Below, one piece after another: positions 30,551-39,231 of a stretch of 64,000 nucleotides of DNA. The DNA lies in contig OY761159.2 of assembly GCA_963664395.2 (NCBI GenBank), positions 576,001 through 640,000 of the forward strand. Reading direction: 5' to 3'. The notes under the pieces are model-generated. The model ran no database searches. It saw nothing but the letters and a program-made list of their open reading frames with translations, and was not told where the DNA came from. A program made the translations under genes and the position numbers. Source of the DNA: Candidatus Binatia bacterium. Lineage in GTDB: Bacteria; Desulfobacterota; Binatia; Bin18. Positions within the stretch are counted from its first letter, which is position 1, and the number at the start of each line of letters is the position of its first letter.

Positions 30551-31156
30551 ATGTCTACTACCAAAAAAACGGACAAATCAATGGTCAATAGACGTGTATG
30601 GTCACGAAGCCGGATAGCTGTGATAGCTGCGATAGTCGGGATTCCGGCCAGTCTTGTAACCCTGTATAGCTTCTTTTTTGCGCCGTCTACGGAGCTAGGG
30701 CAACTTCTCTCACCAGAAAGAGAGCGTGTACTTGTCGCGCAAACTGTGAGCGAGTTGCGGTCGAAAAATGACGTGCGTCCATTGAGGTATGAAGAGCAGT
30801 CAGCAGACCTAAGTAGACTTAGTGGGATATACGGTTTCACAGCAGCGTCGTTCTTTGAAAGCAATATGCGGTTACACGGGGAGCTACTGTATACGATAAC
30901 TCTACAGAACGAGCCGGAACGTTATAAAGGCGTCATCGAAGTTCACAAGACGACTGAAGGAAGAGTGATGATCGTAGGTTATGTTGATGAGGGAACTGCC
31001 GCCAGAGTAGTTGATACATCTAGAGCAGTTGGTAGCGTCTTCCTGCATCACAAACCCCGGAATGAGAGTCAAATACCAATCGCAATTCCAGCGTCGAGGA
31101 TCAGAGAATGGGACTATCGTGCTCCGCACGAATTTTCTGAGATCGAGATAGATTAA
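30551..31156 (+). CDS. Hypothetical membrane-anchored protein
   Basis: 201-aa ORF, one N-terminal hydrophobic helix, AT-richer codons. Confidence 0.6.
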   Translation: MSTTKKTDKSMVNRRVWSRSRIAVIAAIVGIPASLVTLYSFFFAPSTELGQLLSPERERVLVAQTVSELRSKNDVRPLRYEEQSADLSRLSGIYGFTAASFFESNMRLHGELLYTITLQNEPERYKGVIEVHKTTEGRVMIVGYVDEGTAARVVDTSRAVGSVFLHHKPRNESQIPIAIPASRIREWDYRAPHEFSEIEID

Positions 31157-31314
31157 AGCGAAAGGGTAGATGATCGACTTACGGTCAGGCCTTTTCCGTT
31201 TCGCCTGCTTCCGCTACATCGCCGTCAAGTGTTCTCGGTTCCAACCCCACGCCTGAGCAACACTACGCTGCACGACCTCAGCTCCTGTCGCTTCCGGGCC
31301 GGGGTTCTGGAGGG

Positions 31315-31761
31315 ATGTCTAAGAAGGACGATACTCAACCGCCCGCGCCACGTGGCCGAGGAACACGAAAAACGGCGACCATTGGGGCAGTGGAACGGGG
31401 AGGCCGAGCCTTTGCGAAAGTGGCAACGGACTTGTCGAGCCGGGGCATTCAGCGGTTCTTAGGAGAAACGGTTGATATGGAACAAACACACCTGATGACG
31501 GATGAATTTCCCGCCTATCGGACAATGGATGAACTGATGCAACATGACGTGGTGGAGCATAACCGGCGGTATGTGGACGGGCCGATTCACACGAATACGA
31601 TTGAGGGATTCTGGAGTCTGCTCAAGAGGGCCTGGTACGGCTCACACCATCACTACTCGAAAGACTTCATGCCGCTGTACGTGGCTGAGACATGCTGGAA
31701 GTATAACCACCGGAAGGATACGCAGGCGTTTGATTCGTTCTTGGCTGGAGTGTTTGCGTAG
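31315..31761 (+). pseudogene. Truncated IS1595-family transposase (C-terminal half)
   Basis: RGRG...GAVERGG, LMTDEFPAY, HTNTIEGFWSLLKR; lacks the zinc ribbon and first catalytic Asp motif. Confidence 0.85.
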
Positions 31762-31762
31762 T

Positions 31763-32059
31763 CTACAGTTTCCCGTTCTGTAGGTGAGGGTGAGCACCAT
31801 TCTCTTGTTCACGGCTCAGCTTAAAGTAACCCTCCTTATCAAGAGTACACGTCGCGAGCTCTAACGTTTGGCGAGGAGAAATACCTAACTGTTCCGGTAT
31901 ATAATCATGTCCGACTTCTTTACTCGCCCGTCTAATACCATAACGTGCCACAACATGGCCATGATTGCGAATGATAGCTTGATCGTGCCTCTTGGTTGAT
32001 ATGATTTCTCCTTCTAGCTTTTTGACAATGGCGTGGGCATGTTTTTGGGTCAATTTCAT
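31763..32059 (-). CDS. HicA-like small basic protein (putative toxin)
   Basis: 98 aa; KKL...STKRHDQA...YGIRR...IPEQLGIS pattern resembling the HicA dsRBD fold. Confidence 0.55.
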   Translation of the reverse strand: MKLTQKHAHAIVKKLEGEIISTKRHDQAIIRNHGHVVARYGIRRASKEVGHDYIPEQLGISPRQTLELATCTLDKEGYFKLSREQENGAHPHLQNGKL

Positions 32060-32065
32060 CCTGCG

Positions 32066-32482
32066 TCATCCTTCTTTAATATATCTCCGTAGGACCGCGA
32101 AGTCCTGTGTCAGACGCGGGCTTAATGCCTCTTCTTCAGTAAGAAATAAAGCAAACGCACTCTCAATATCCGCAGCAAGCAGTAGCATTGCCTCTTCCGG
32201 GTCACTGCCTGACATACTGATATGCGCCTCCTCGAAACTGGCAACCCATTCCTGATCTTCTTGTCTTTCCAAACGAACAGGGATGGGTAGGCGGAGTGTA
32301 TAGGGCGAGTCTGGCAGCGTATCAATGTGTGGCGGAGAAGATACGGATTGCTCTCCTCCGTATGGCGCGGTTTGCTCTTCTCCAAATGCATCAGACTTAA
32401 AGGTAACGTCACTTATGAGAGGAAGGGGATCAGTATTCCAGTAGCCTCCTCTTGAGACTTGCGTCATAGCAGTGAGAGACAT
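32066..32482 (-). CDS. HicB-like protein (putative antitoxin)
   Basis: IPVRLERQEDQEWVASFEEAHISMSGSDPEEAMLLL matches the HicB partial RNase H pattern; acidic. Confidence 0.65.
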   Translation of the reverse strand: MSLTAMTQVSRGGYWNTDPLPLISDVTFKSDAFGEEQTAPYGGEQSVSSPPHIDTLPDSPYTLRLPIPVRLERQEDQEWVASFEEAHISMSGSDPEEAMLLLAADIESAFALFLTEEEALSPRLTQDFAVLRRYIKEG

Positions 32483-32483
32483 A

Positions 32484-32759
32484 TCAGTTATCCTTTCGCT
32501 TAGTTGGCGGCTTTTTCAGTACTTCTGGTGCTTCAACGACCGTTGGCAGAGTGGCACTTTTCACATTATACATCGGCTCACCATTATCCGCCCACAACGT
32601 ATCAAAACGAATAATCTCTTGAATGACTGTTCGGACGCGAATATGGGTACCGTCCGCAAGCTTTACGTCACTAAACCGCTCGGTTGATTCATCGATATCG
32701 ATCAATGTCCCGTCTACTAAATTTCCCTGGGGGTCTAGTATCTTTCTCTTGCGTGGCAT
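32484..32759 (-). CDS. Small beta-rich hypothetical protein leading the HicBA-like operon
   Basis: 91 aa, 1-nt gap to the next gene, GGAAGGAAG upstream; ERFSDVKLADGT...GEPMY. Confidence 0.65.
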   Translation of the reverse strand: MPRKRKILDPQGNLVDGTLIDIDESTERFSDVKLADGTHIRVRTVIQEIIRFDTLWADNGEPMYNVKSATLPTVVEAPEVLKKPPTKRKDN

Positions 32760-32855
32760 TCAGTATTCTTCCTTCCCCTCTGCCTTCTCTCTCTATGGTA
32801 CATGGTGTGGAAATGTCAAGCGAGTAGGGCTGGCCCGGATAAAGCTGGATCAGTC

Positions 32856-33232
32856 TCATAGGCGAGCGTGAAAAACGCGCCCGAGCAAACAATACGGCAT
32901 TGCCCTCGGTACACGATAGGAGGGATGGTAAAAGTCGATGACTCTGGTGCGCCATTGTAAGCGGGCTACACCGATATCAAAGCCAGATGGTTGAAATACA
33001 ATACCAGGAAAGAGCACAGACCACAGACTACTGTCGCCTATTCCTCCTACAATCACATCAGGGTTAATGGGTGATTCGGTTCTTTCATGATGAAAAGAAT
33101 CTTGGGGTTGGTGTTCTCGTAGCGCTCCTCACAGACAATGCCATCGAGACACATACGAGCAGCTTCTTTGGGGCGCTGCGCCTTCCACTCCGTGAACAGT
33201 GCATTCAATCTCTCTGTCTTAGTCATAGCCAT
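32856..33232 (-). pseudogene. Uracil-DNA glycosylase-superfamily gene remnant with internal deletion
   Basis: DGIV...KILFIMKEPN joined out of frame to INPDVIVGG...VIDFYHPS. Confidence 0.55.
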
Positions 33233-33479
33233 GAGGAGAGTATGCTCTAGGAAGAGAAGGGCGCCAAGCCCGTAACTGTTAAGTGCGAAATCAAAATAGC
33301 CGTGTGTTCGGTCAATGAAGGATGGCAAAGCCAGCATGATTGCTTCGGGCTGCTGGTCTGACGCTGTACACCACGCGATAGGCTCACCTATCCTCTATGT
33401 ACTGTGGGACGTATAGTAGGACGTAGACATGTTCAAAAGATAAAAATCATTTATTTTCAAATACTTATATTAATCTACA

Positions 33480-33569
33480 TGGCGGAGAGGGGGGGATTCG
33501 AACCCCCGATACCCGAAGGTATACACGATTTCGAGTCGTGCGCGATCGACCGGACTCTGCCACCTCTCC
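33480..33569 (-). tRNA. tRNA-Ser(CGA)
   Basis: GGAGAGG acceptor stem, CACGA-CTCGAAA-TCGTG anticodon arm, long variable arm, GGTTCGAATCC, encoded CCA. Confidence 0.95.
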
Positions 33570-33650
33570 GACTCCCGAGCGAAACTTGCCCCTCACTATA
33601 GGCGATTTCCGGGCAGGCGCAAAGACGGGTATGGCCGCAGACTTTTTCTT

Positions 33651-34145
33651 CTAACGATGCCGCTTCTCCCGGAAAAAACGTTGGAGGAGCGTCCGACACT
33701 CCTCTTCACAGACCCCACTCGTGATGTCCAGGCGATGATTCAGACGGGTATCCAGGGCAATATTATAGAGCGATCCTGCGGCACCGGCTTTGGGGTCAAA
33801 ACAGCCAAAGACGAGGCGTTTGACCCGCGCGGACACTAACGCCCCCATACACATCAGACAGGGCTCGACCGTTGTGTATAGCGTGGCATCTACCAACCGG
33901 TAATTCTTCATATACAGCGCGGCGTGCCGCACGGCTTGGATTTCCGCGTGAGCAGTCGGGTCGGTAGTTGCAATAGGCGTATTATGGCCCCGGCCGATGA
34001 TCTGCTCTTCCAGAACTACGACCGCACCAATCGGCACTTCGTCGGCGGCCTCCGCCAATGCGGCTTGTGCCAGGGCGGCTTGCATCCAGGCCCTATCGTG
34101 CTCAGCCTGTCGGTCCGTTCTGGGAGAATTGTTTTCAACTGACAT
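33651..34145 (-). CDS. tadA: tRNA adenosine(34) deaminase
   Basis: EVPIGAV, DPTAHAE, TVEPCLMC, DPKAGA. Confidence 0.95.
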   Translation of the reverse strand: MSVENNSPRTDRQAEHDRAWMQAALAQAALAEAADEVPIGAVVVLEEQIIGRGHNTPIATTDPTAHAEIQAVRHAALYMKNYRLVDATLYTTVEPCLMCMGALVSARVKRLVFGCFDPKAGAAGSLYNIALDTRLNHRLDITSGVCEEECRTLLQRFFREKRHR

Positions 34146-35756
34146 CTTCGGCGGCTCGCAACGGCACCCGTTCTTGGCTCTGCCTCTTGTTGTCACGAAC
34201 AACCCGGCGCAACTCATCCAGCGTTCCGACCCCTCCCCGACTCCCGACAATACTATCAACTGCGAGGTCGTATCTCTCGATGGCGTTGAGGAGGTCCCGA
34301 GACCAATCGGCAACCTGTCGGACGGCTCCCGGCGTAAACAGGTCGGCCACAAAGAGTAAGCGTTCCTCAGGCAGATAGACGATCAACATCCCATCCACAT
34401 GCACGGTCTCAATCGGGTAGACAATAACCACCCGATTTTCATCAACGAAAAACTTGCGCTCATTCTTGACTGCTTCAATGACAGCAATGCGCGGACGACG
34501 ATGGAGGCTGTCCGGGACTTGGGTATGAAGCGCACGAAAGGCGTCTTGGAAGAGTGGGACGTTCAGCGCACTGGTCACCACAATCGTATCGGCTGCCACA
34601 TAGGCCCGCAGTCCACCCGCGTGCTCAGCTATGAAAGTGCGTATTAACGACAAACCGGACAGGCTTGGTTGGAAAGCGTTGACGTAACGTATCGAGTACC
34701 GCGAGTGAGTGTGTATCGTCCTGGGGGGCCTCAACCACAATCAGGTACTCGCCCATCTCAACGGCCAGACTCTGATATCTTCCACCGACAATATGCATCA
34801 CCCCTGGGGCAAGGTCACGAAGCACTGGCGTTGAAGCGGAAGTACCAACCGGGTCGGCCCTGGGCAATCTGACGCAGCACCCAGTGAGAACTCTGTTCTC
34901 CGCGCGCCCCGTCCCACTCTTCCGGCTGCTCGATCTCTTCCGGAATAGTAAAGTCCACTTGGGAAAGATCAACATCGTTCTGAATAACCTCAACATGTTC
35001 AACCATGATGGTCTGGCCGTCGACCCGGTAGGTCCGTTCAAACGGGAGTCTGAGCTTTCCAACTTGACGCCAATCGGCAAAAAACACTTCGTTCTGAACG
35101 TCCCCATACAAAGGATCATCTTCAACAAAGACGACCTTGGTCAGTAGTCGCGTTTCCGAGTCAATGGCCAACAGGACGAGCTGCGTATTATCATTAAACG
35201 AGACAACCACTTGGCGGCGGCCATGAATCGTTTGATCCATTAAACGCAGAAAGGAGTCCGAACGACTCAGCGCATGAATAAGGACGGAGACGGGCGAACG
35301 GCGCAGCTCTTTTTGACGGGCGGCAATACGGGTGGCCGACATCGCCCGTCGGCGTGGACTATCAAAGCCATCGTGTCCGAGTATGACGCCATCAAGTCCG
35401 CTCATGACCTCCGTGTATTCCCAGGTTTCCCGAAAGGGATATATGAGCGTGCGCTCCCACTCATAGCGCACTCGGCCCTGCTCCAAGTCTTGGAAGAGCA
35501 CGTACCGAAATTCTGACACCTTCTGTGGCTCGGCTCCTGGCCGCGGACTCAGGTCGGGCTCAAAATTCTCGCCATGGCTGATAATACGCTGACTTTTGAG
35601 GTCAAGCAGGACCGGCCGTTCGCCAATCGCGAGCACGGCCGAATTGACAAAAACCTTGGCAGGTTGGGCCCACACCAGAGGAGGGCAAAAGAGCAGCGAC
35701 AGACAGACACCCCAGACAAGACGTGTCGCAATACTGACGGCTCTCCGCTTTTTCAT
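34135..35756 (-). pseudogene. Exported MBL-fold protein with two frameshifts (pseudogene or assembly errors)
   Basis: Signal peptide and DDPLYGD (frame A), LAPGV...VVNTHFHS (frame B), EHAGGLR...HVDGML...LFVADLF (frame C); shifts near 34850 and 34628. Confidence 0.8.
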
Positions 35757-35779
35757 CTGTCCTGGAGGAAAAGGCCCGA

Positions 35780-36403
35780 TTAACCGGTCAGTCCAATCCG
35801 GACCTCTTCGTAACTCGGCCGGCTTTTCAGCCGCTCAGCCCAGGCTGCCACTTTTGGAAATGGACTGAGGTCGATACCTAATAGGTCGCCCAACCCAAGA
35901 AACGGGGTGAAGGTCAGATCGGCAAGGCTATAGTCGCCCATGAGATAGTCTTGATTCCGGAGCCGCTCCTCGAGTTGAGGAAAGAGTGCGTTGAGCCCGT
36001 CTCTATTCCGTGTCATGCGTTCCGGGTCTTGTTCCTCTGCGGGTTTGCGGCTGGTATACAGCAGACGAATGATCGGTGGTACGAACTGGCTGTTACACAT
36101 TTCGATGAGCAGCCGCATTTCAGCCCTGGCGGCTGGCGCCGACGGCGCTAATGCCGGCGTGGGGTATTTGTCTTCCAAATACTCGTTACAGATGGCCGAC
36201 TCATAGACCCACGTCCCTGCTTCGACCAGCACCGGCACTTTGCCGTAGGGGTTAATGGCAAGAAACCAGGGTTCCTTTTGTTCTTTGCTCGGCAGGTCTA
36301 TCAGAATGCGATCAAAGTCGAGGTCTTTTTCTTTGAGAACGATCCTCGTTCTCATAGCGAACGGTCAAGGCAGATAGTCAAACAACTTTCTTTTGATAGT
36401 CAT
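35780..36403 (-). CDS. Glutathione S-transferase, probable selenoprotein (UPFA active site)
   Basis: GAGGAG RBS, MTIKRKLFDYLP-TGA-PFAMRTR, INPYGKVPVL, ESAICNEYLED, YSLADL. Confidence 0.85.
36334..36354 (-). promoter_or_regulatory. Putative bacterial SECIS element
   Basis: TGAGAACGA-GGA-TCGTTCTCA perfect 9-bp stem starting at the 11th nt after the in-frame TGA (36365-36367), with GG in the loop. Confidence 0.7.
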
Positions 36404-36529
36404 GCGCGGCTCCTCTCCATGCGGTGCAAATGGCTCTTCAAACGTTGACCTTAGAAAGACCGGGTGGGTACGTCAAGTCTCTTCGTCCGACGAGAGGGCA
36501 CATTCCTCAACAGAGACAGGCGGACGGCT

Positions 36530-36994
36530 CTAAATATCATACATCGGTACATGCGAGCCGCGGCGCCGGCTTGCTTCGGCGCGTTTGCACATCTCCGCCA
36601 CACTCACCTGAGCAAAGGCTGAGGCAATGGACGCACCGACTTCCAGCATAATACTGCGCAGCCAACAATATTCGAGACTGACACAGTCCGCGCATGTTAC
36701 CGGGTTTGCATCTTCCACACAGGGTAAGGGAGCCAGTGGGCCGTCTACCGCCCAGACAACCTCTTGTAACGAGATGGCCTGTGGGTCGCCCACTAACGTA
36801 TATCCTCCGGCCTTGCCACGCGTACTGTGGACAATGCCGGCTCGCTTGAGTGCGAGAAGCACTTGTTCCAGAAATTTCTTGGGAATGCGTTCTCGACGGG
36901 CAATCTCTTGAATAGGCAATACCTCAGGAGCGCCAGGCGCTCCCAGGCAGGTAAGCGCCCTGAGAGCATATTCGCTTTTCTTCGATATTTTCAT
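36530..36994 (-). CDS. Rrf2 family transcriptional regulator (CymR/IscR-like, Cys-rich)
   Basis: SEYALRAL, FLEQVL, STRGKAGGY, C-x8-C-x2-C-x5-C. Confidence 0.92.
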   Translation of the reverse strand: MKISKKSEYALRALTCLGAPGAPEVLPIQEIARRERIPKKFLEQVLLALKRAGIVHSTRGKAGGYTLVGDPQAISLQEVVWAVDGPLAPLPCVEDANPVTCADCVSLEYCWLRSIMLEVGASIASAFAQVSVAEMCKRAEASRRRGSHVPMYDI

Positions 36995-37185
36995 AAATCA
37001 CTATTTACTTAGTAGACAATGGTTCCTCTAGTCAATCCCAATGCCTTGCCAAAATTTTTATCAGCAAAGTACTTGACATACGGGCATGAATACTCATAAA
37101 TGAGCTTTATAAGACGATAAAAACTATAGATTTAATAGTGATTAGCCGCTCATTCAAAACAATCAAGTCTGAGGAGAGCCGGACT

Positions 37186-39216
37186 ATGGATTCAGCCACG
37201 ACAGAAAGTAGAGGAAACGGGCGCGTAGGCACCCTTGAGAACCCTGAAGTGCCCCCCAATATTCCCGGCCGCGTCATCCCGATTCTTGAAAGGGAATTCG
37301 ACGATTTTGATGACGAAGCGCGCAAGTTTCTTGATGGAGATATAGACCGTCAGGCATTTATGGGTTTTCGGCTCCGCCAAGGCGTATACGGACAACGGCA
37401 ACCCGATGTCCAGATGATCCGGGTCAAGCTCCCCTTTGGTGGAGTAACGCCGGACCAGTTCGACGCGTTTGCCGACATCGCCGAAAAATATGCGCCGCTC
37501 AAAAAAGGCCACATCACTACCCGACAAAACGTCCAGTTCCATTTCATTCCCCTGCTGGAAGCAGCACGAGCCATTCGTCTGCTCGGCGACTCTGGTTTGT
37601 CGACGCGGGAAGCGTGTGGCAACACGGTCCGGAATGTTGTGTGTGATCCGTTTGCCGGAGTTGATCCGGACGAAGCATTTGACCCAACCCCGTACGTTGG
37701 CGCGCTGGTCCGCTATTTTGTTCGCAACGAACTGACCCAAGCTCTTCCCCGAAAATTTAAGATGGCCTTTTCCAGCACCGATAAAGACCGTGCGGTGACT
37801 GGTATTCACGACCTCGGCTTTATCCCTCGCCTCAAAAACGGGCGCAAGGGTTTCAGCATCTCTACCGGCGGGGGTACATCAATTCTGCCCCGGGTGGGCC
37901 GCATGCTGTATGACTTTGTTGGTGTAGACGAATATCTCAAAGTCGCGGAAGCCGTGATCCGTATTTTTGATCGGCAAGATGAGCTGCGCAAAAACCGAGC
38001 CCGGGCCCGTATTAAATTTTTTATCGATCGGATTGGTCTGGATGCGTTTCGTGCGCTCGTTGACGCTGAGATGCGAGGCGACTGGATCAACGCACGCAAC
38101 TTTGACCCCACGCCTCTGCAATGGAATGACAACGAAGAAGAGCGTGCCCCACACGCCCCCATCAATCCTATCAATCCCGGCAGCCCGAACGGCGACCGGC
38201 AGGAGTTCGCCCGCTGGGCCGCCGCCAATGTACAGCCACAACGCCAGGACGACTTTTCGACCGCGGAAGTGAAGATCGCCCGGGGTGATCTTACGCCTGA
38301 ACAGTTCCGGGGTATGGCGCAGATCATGCGGGATTTCAGCGGTGGTCATGCTCGGACGTCGGACGAACAGAATGTGGTGCTGCGTTGGGTCCGCAACGAG
38401 AGCCTGTATGATGTGTGGCTTCGCCTGCAAGCAATCGGTCTGGGTGATGCCGGCGCACGACAGATCACTGATGTCGTGAGTTGCCCTGGTACTGACAGTT
38501 GTAAGCTCGGCATTACCAACTCCATGGGCCTGGCTCAGGCAATCCAGCGACGTGTTGAAGAACTGGCCAAAGAGCTGACAATGGACGATCCGCTCACCAA
38601 AAAAATCCATATCAAGATAAGCGGCTGCCCCAACGGCTGTGGACGCCATCACATTGCCAATATTGGCTTTTACGGCGCAGCCATGAAGTTCGACACGCGT
38701 CAGGTTCCGGCCTATATCGTCATGCTGGGCGGCCAATACGACGCTGGTCAGGTCCGCATGGGTCAACGCCTGAATGTCCGCGTTCCGTCAAAACGTGTTC
38801 CTGAGGCAGTGGAACGATTTGTGCGGCATTATCAGGCCCAGCGTCACACCGCTGAGGCATTCAACGCCTTCGTCGATCGTGTTGGGACCGGCCCGTTTGA
38901 AAGGCTGATCGCTGACCTTTCACTTCCGGTGACGTTTGACGACGAACACCTGAACGAATTTATCGATTGGAACCAAAATCGCGTCTATAAACTCGAACGC
39001 GGCGAAGGCGTGTGTATAGCCAGAGCTATACCAGTATCGGCTGTGCTCCATGCATCCGACCAACTGAAAAAGGGGAAGACGCGCGCGCGGCGCTGGTGGT
39101 GGGAAAACGGGAAAGGCGGAGCAATAAAAGAGTGCGGCATGCACTGCTCTCTTGAAAGCGGCCGTTTTGAGCGCGAATACAGCGCGGGCTTTCATCAGAA
39201 CGGCGAGGGTATTTAG
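37186..39216 (+). CDS. sir: Ferredoxin-type nitrite/sulfite reductase with an abnormal CysH-derived C-terminus
   Basis: GVYGQRQ, TTRQN, REACGNTVRN, LPRKFK, SCPGTDSC, SGCPNGCG. Confidence 0.88.
   Translation: MDSATTESRGNGRVGTLENPEVPPNIPGRVIPILEREFDDFDDEARKFLDGDIDRQAFMGFRLRQGVYGQRQPDVQMIRVKLPFGGVTPDQFDAFADIAEKYAPLKKGHITTRQNVQFHFIPLLEAARAIRLLGDSGLSTREACGNTVRNVVCDPFAGVDPDEAFDPTPYVGALVRYFVRNELTQALPRKFKMAFSSTDKDRAVTGIHDLGFIPRLKNGRKGFSISTGGGTSILPRVGRMLYDFVGVDEYLKVAEAVIRIFDRQDELRKNRARARIKFFIDRIGLDAFRALVDAEMRGDWINARNFDPTPLQWNDNEEERAPHAPINPINPGSPNGDRQEFARWAAANVQPQRQDDFSTAEVKIARGDLTPEQFRGMAQIMRDFSGGHARTSDEQNVVLRWVRNESLYDVWLRLQAIGLGDAGARQITDVVSCPGTDSCKLGITNSMGLAQAIQRRVEELAKELTMDDPLTKKIHIKISGCPNGCGRHHIANIGFYGAAMKFDTRQVPAYIVMLGGQYDAGQVRMGQRLNVRVPSKRVPEAVERFVRHYQAQRHTAEAFNAFVDRVGTGPFERLIADLSLPVTFDDEHLNEFIDWNQNRVYKLERGEGVCIARAIPVSAVLHASDQLKKGKTRARRWWWENGKGGAIKECGMHCSLESGRFEREYSAGFHQNGEGI
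39013..39216 (+). pseudogene. cysH: 3' remnant of APS/PAPS reductase
   Basis: Alternate frame reads YSQSYTSIGCAPCIRPTEKGEDARA, then RWWWE...KECGMH. Confidence 0.8.
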
Positions 39217-39231
39217 GGCGTTTCCCCCAGG

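Larger units (their letters stand above)
30146..33492. mobile_element. Decayed genomic island at the 3' end of tRNA-Ser
   Basis: ATGGCGG-GAGGG (30146) resembles the tRNA 3' end ATGGCGGAGAGGG (33479); AT-richer orphan genes, IS fragment and TA module in between; no integrase seen. Confidence 0.6.

Noticed and set aside
33480-33569. Long-variable-arm tRNA near the Sec-GST as tRNA-Sec
   Set aside because: The anticodon is CGA and the acceptor stem is 7 bp, so it is an ordinary tRNA-Ser.
34625-34627. TGA after THFHS as a second Sec codon
   Set aside because: Homology continues in a different frame and no Cys is expected there; it is a frameshift.
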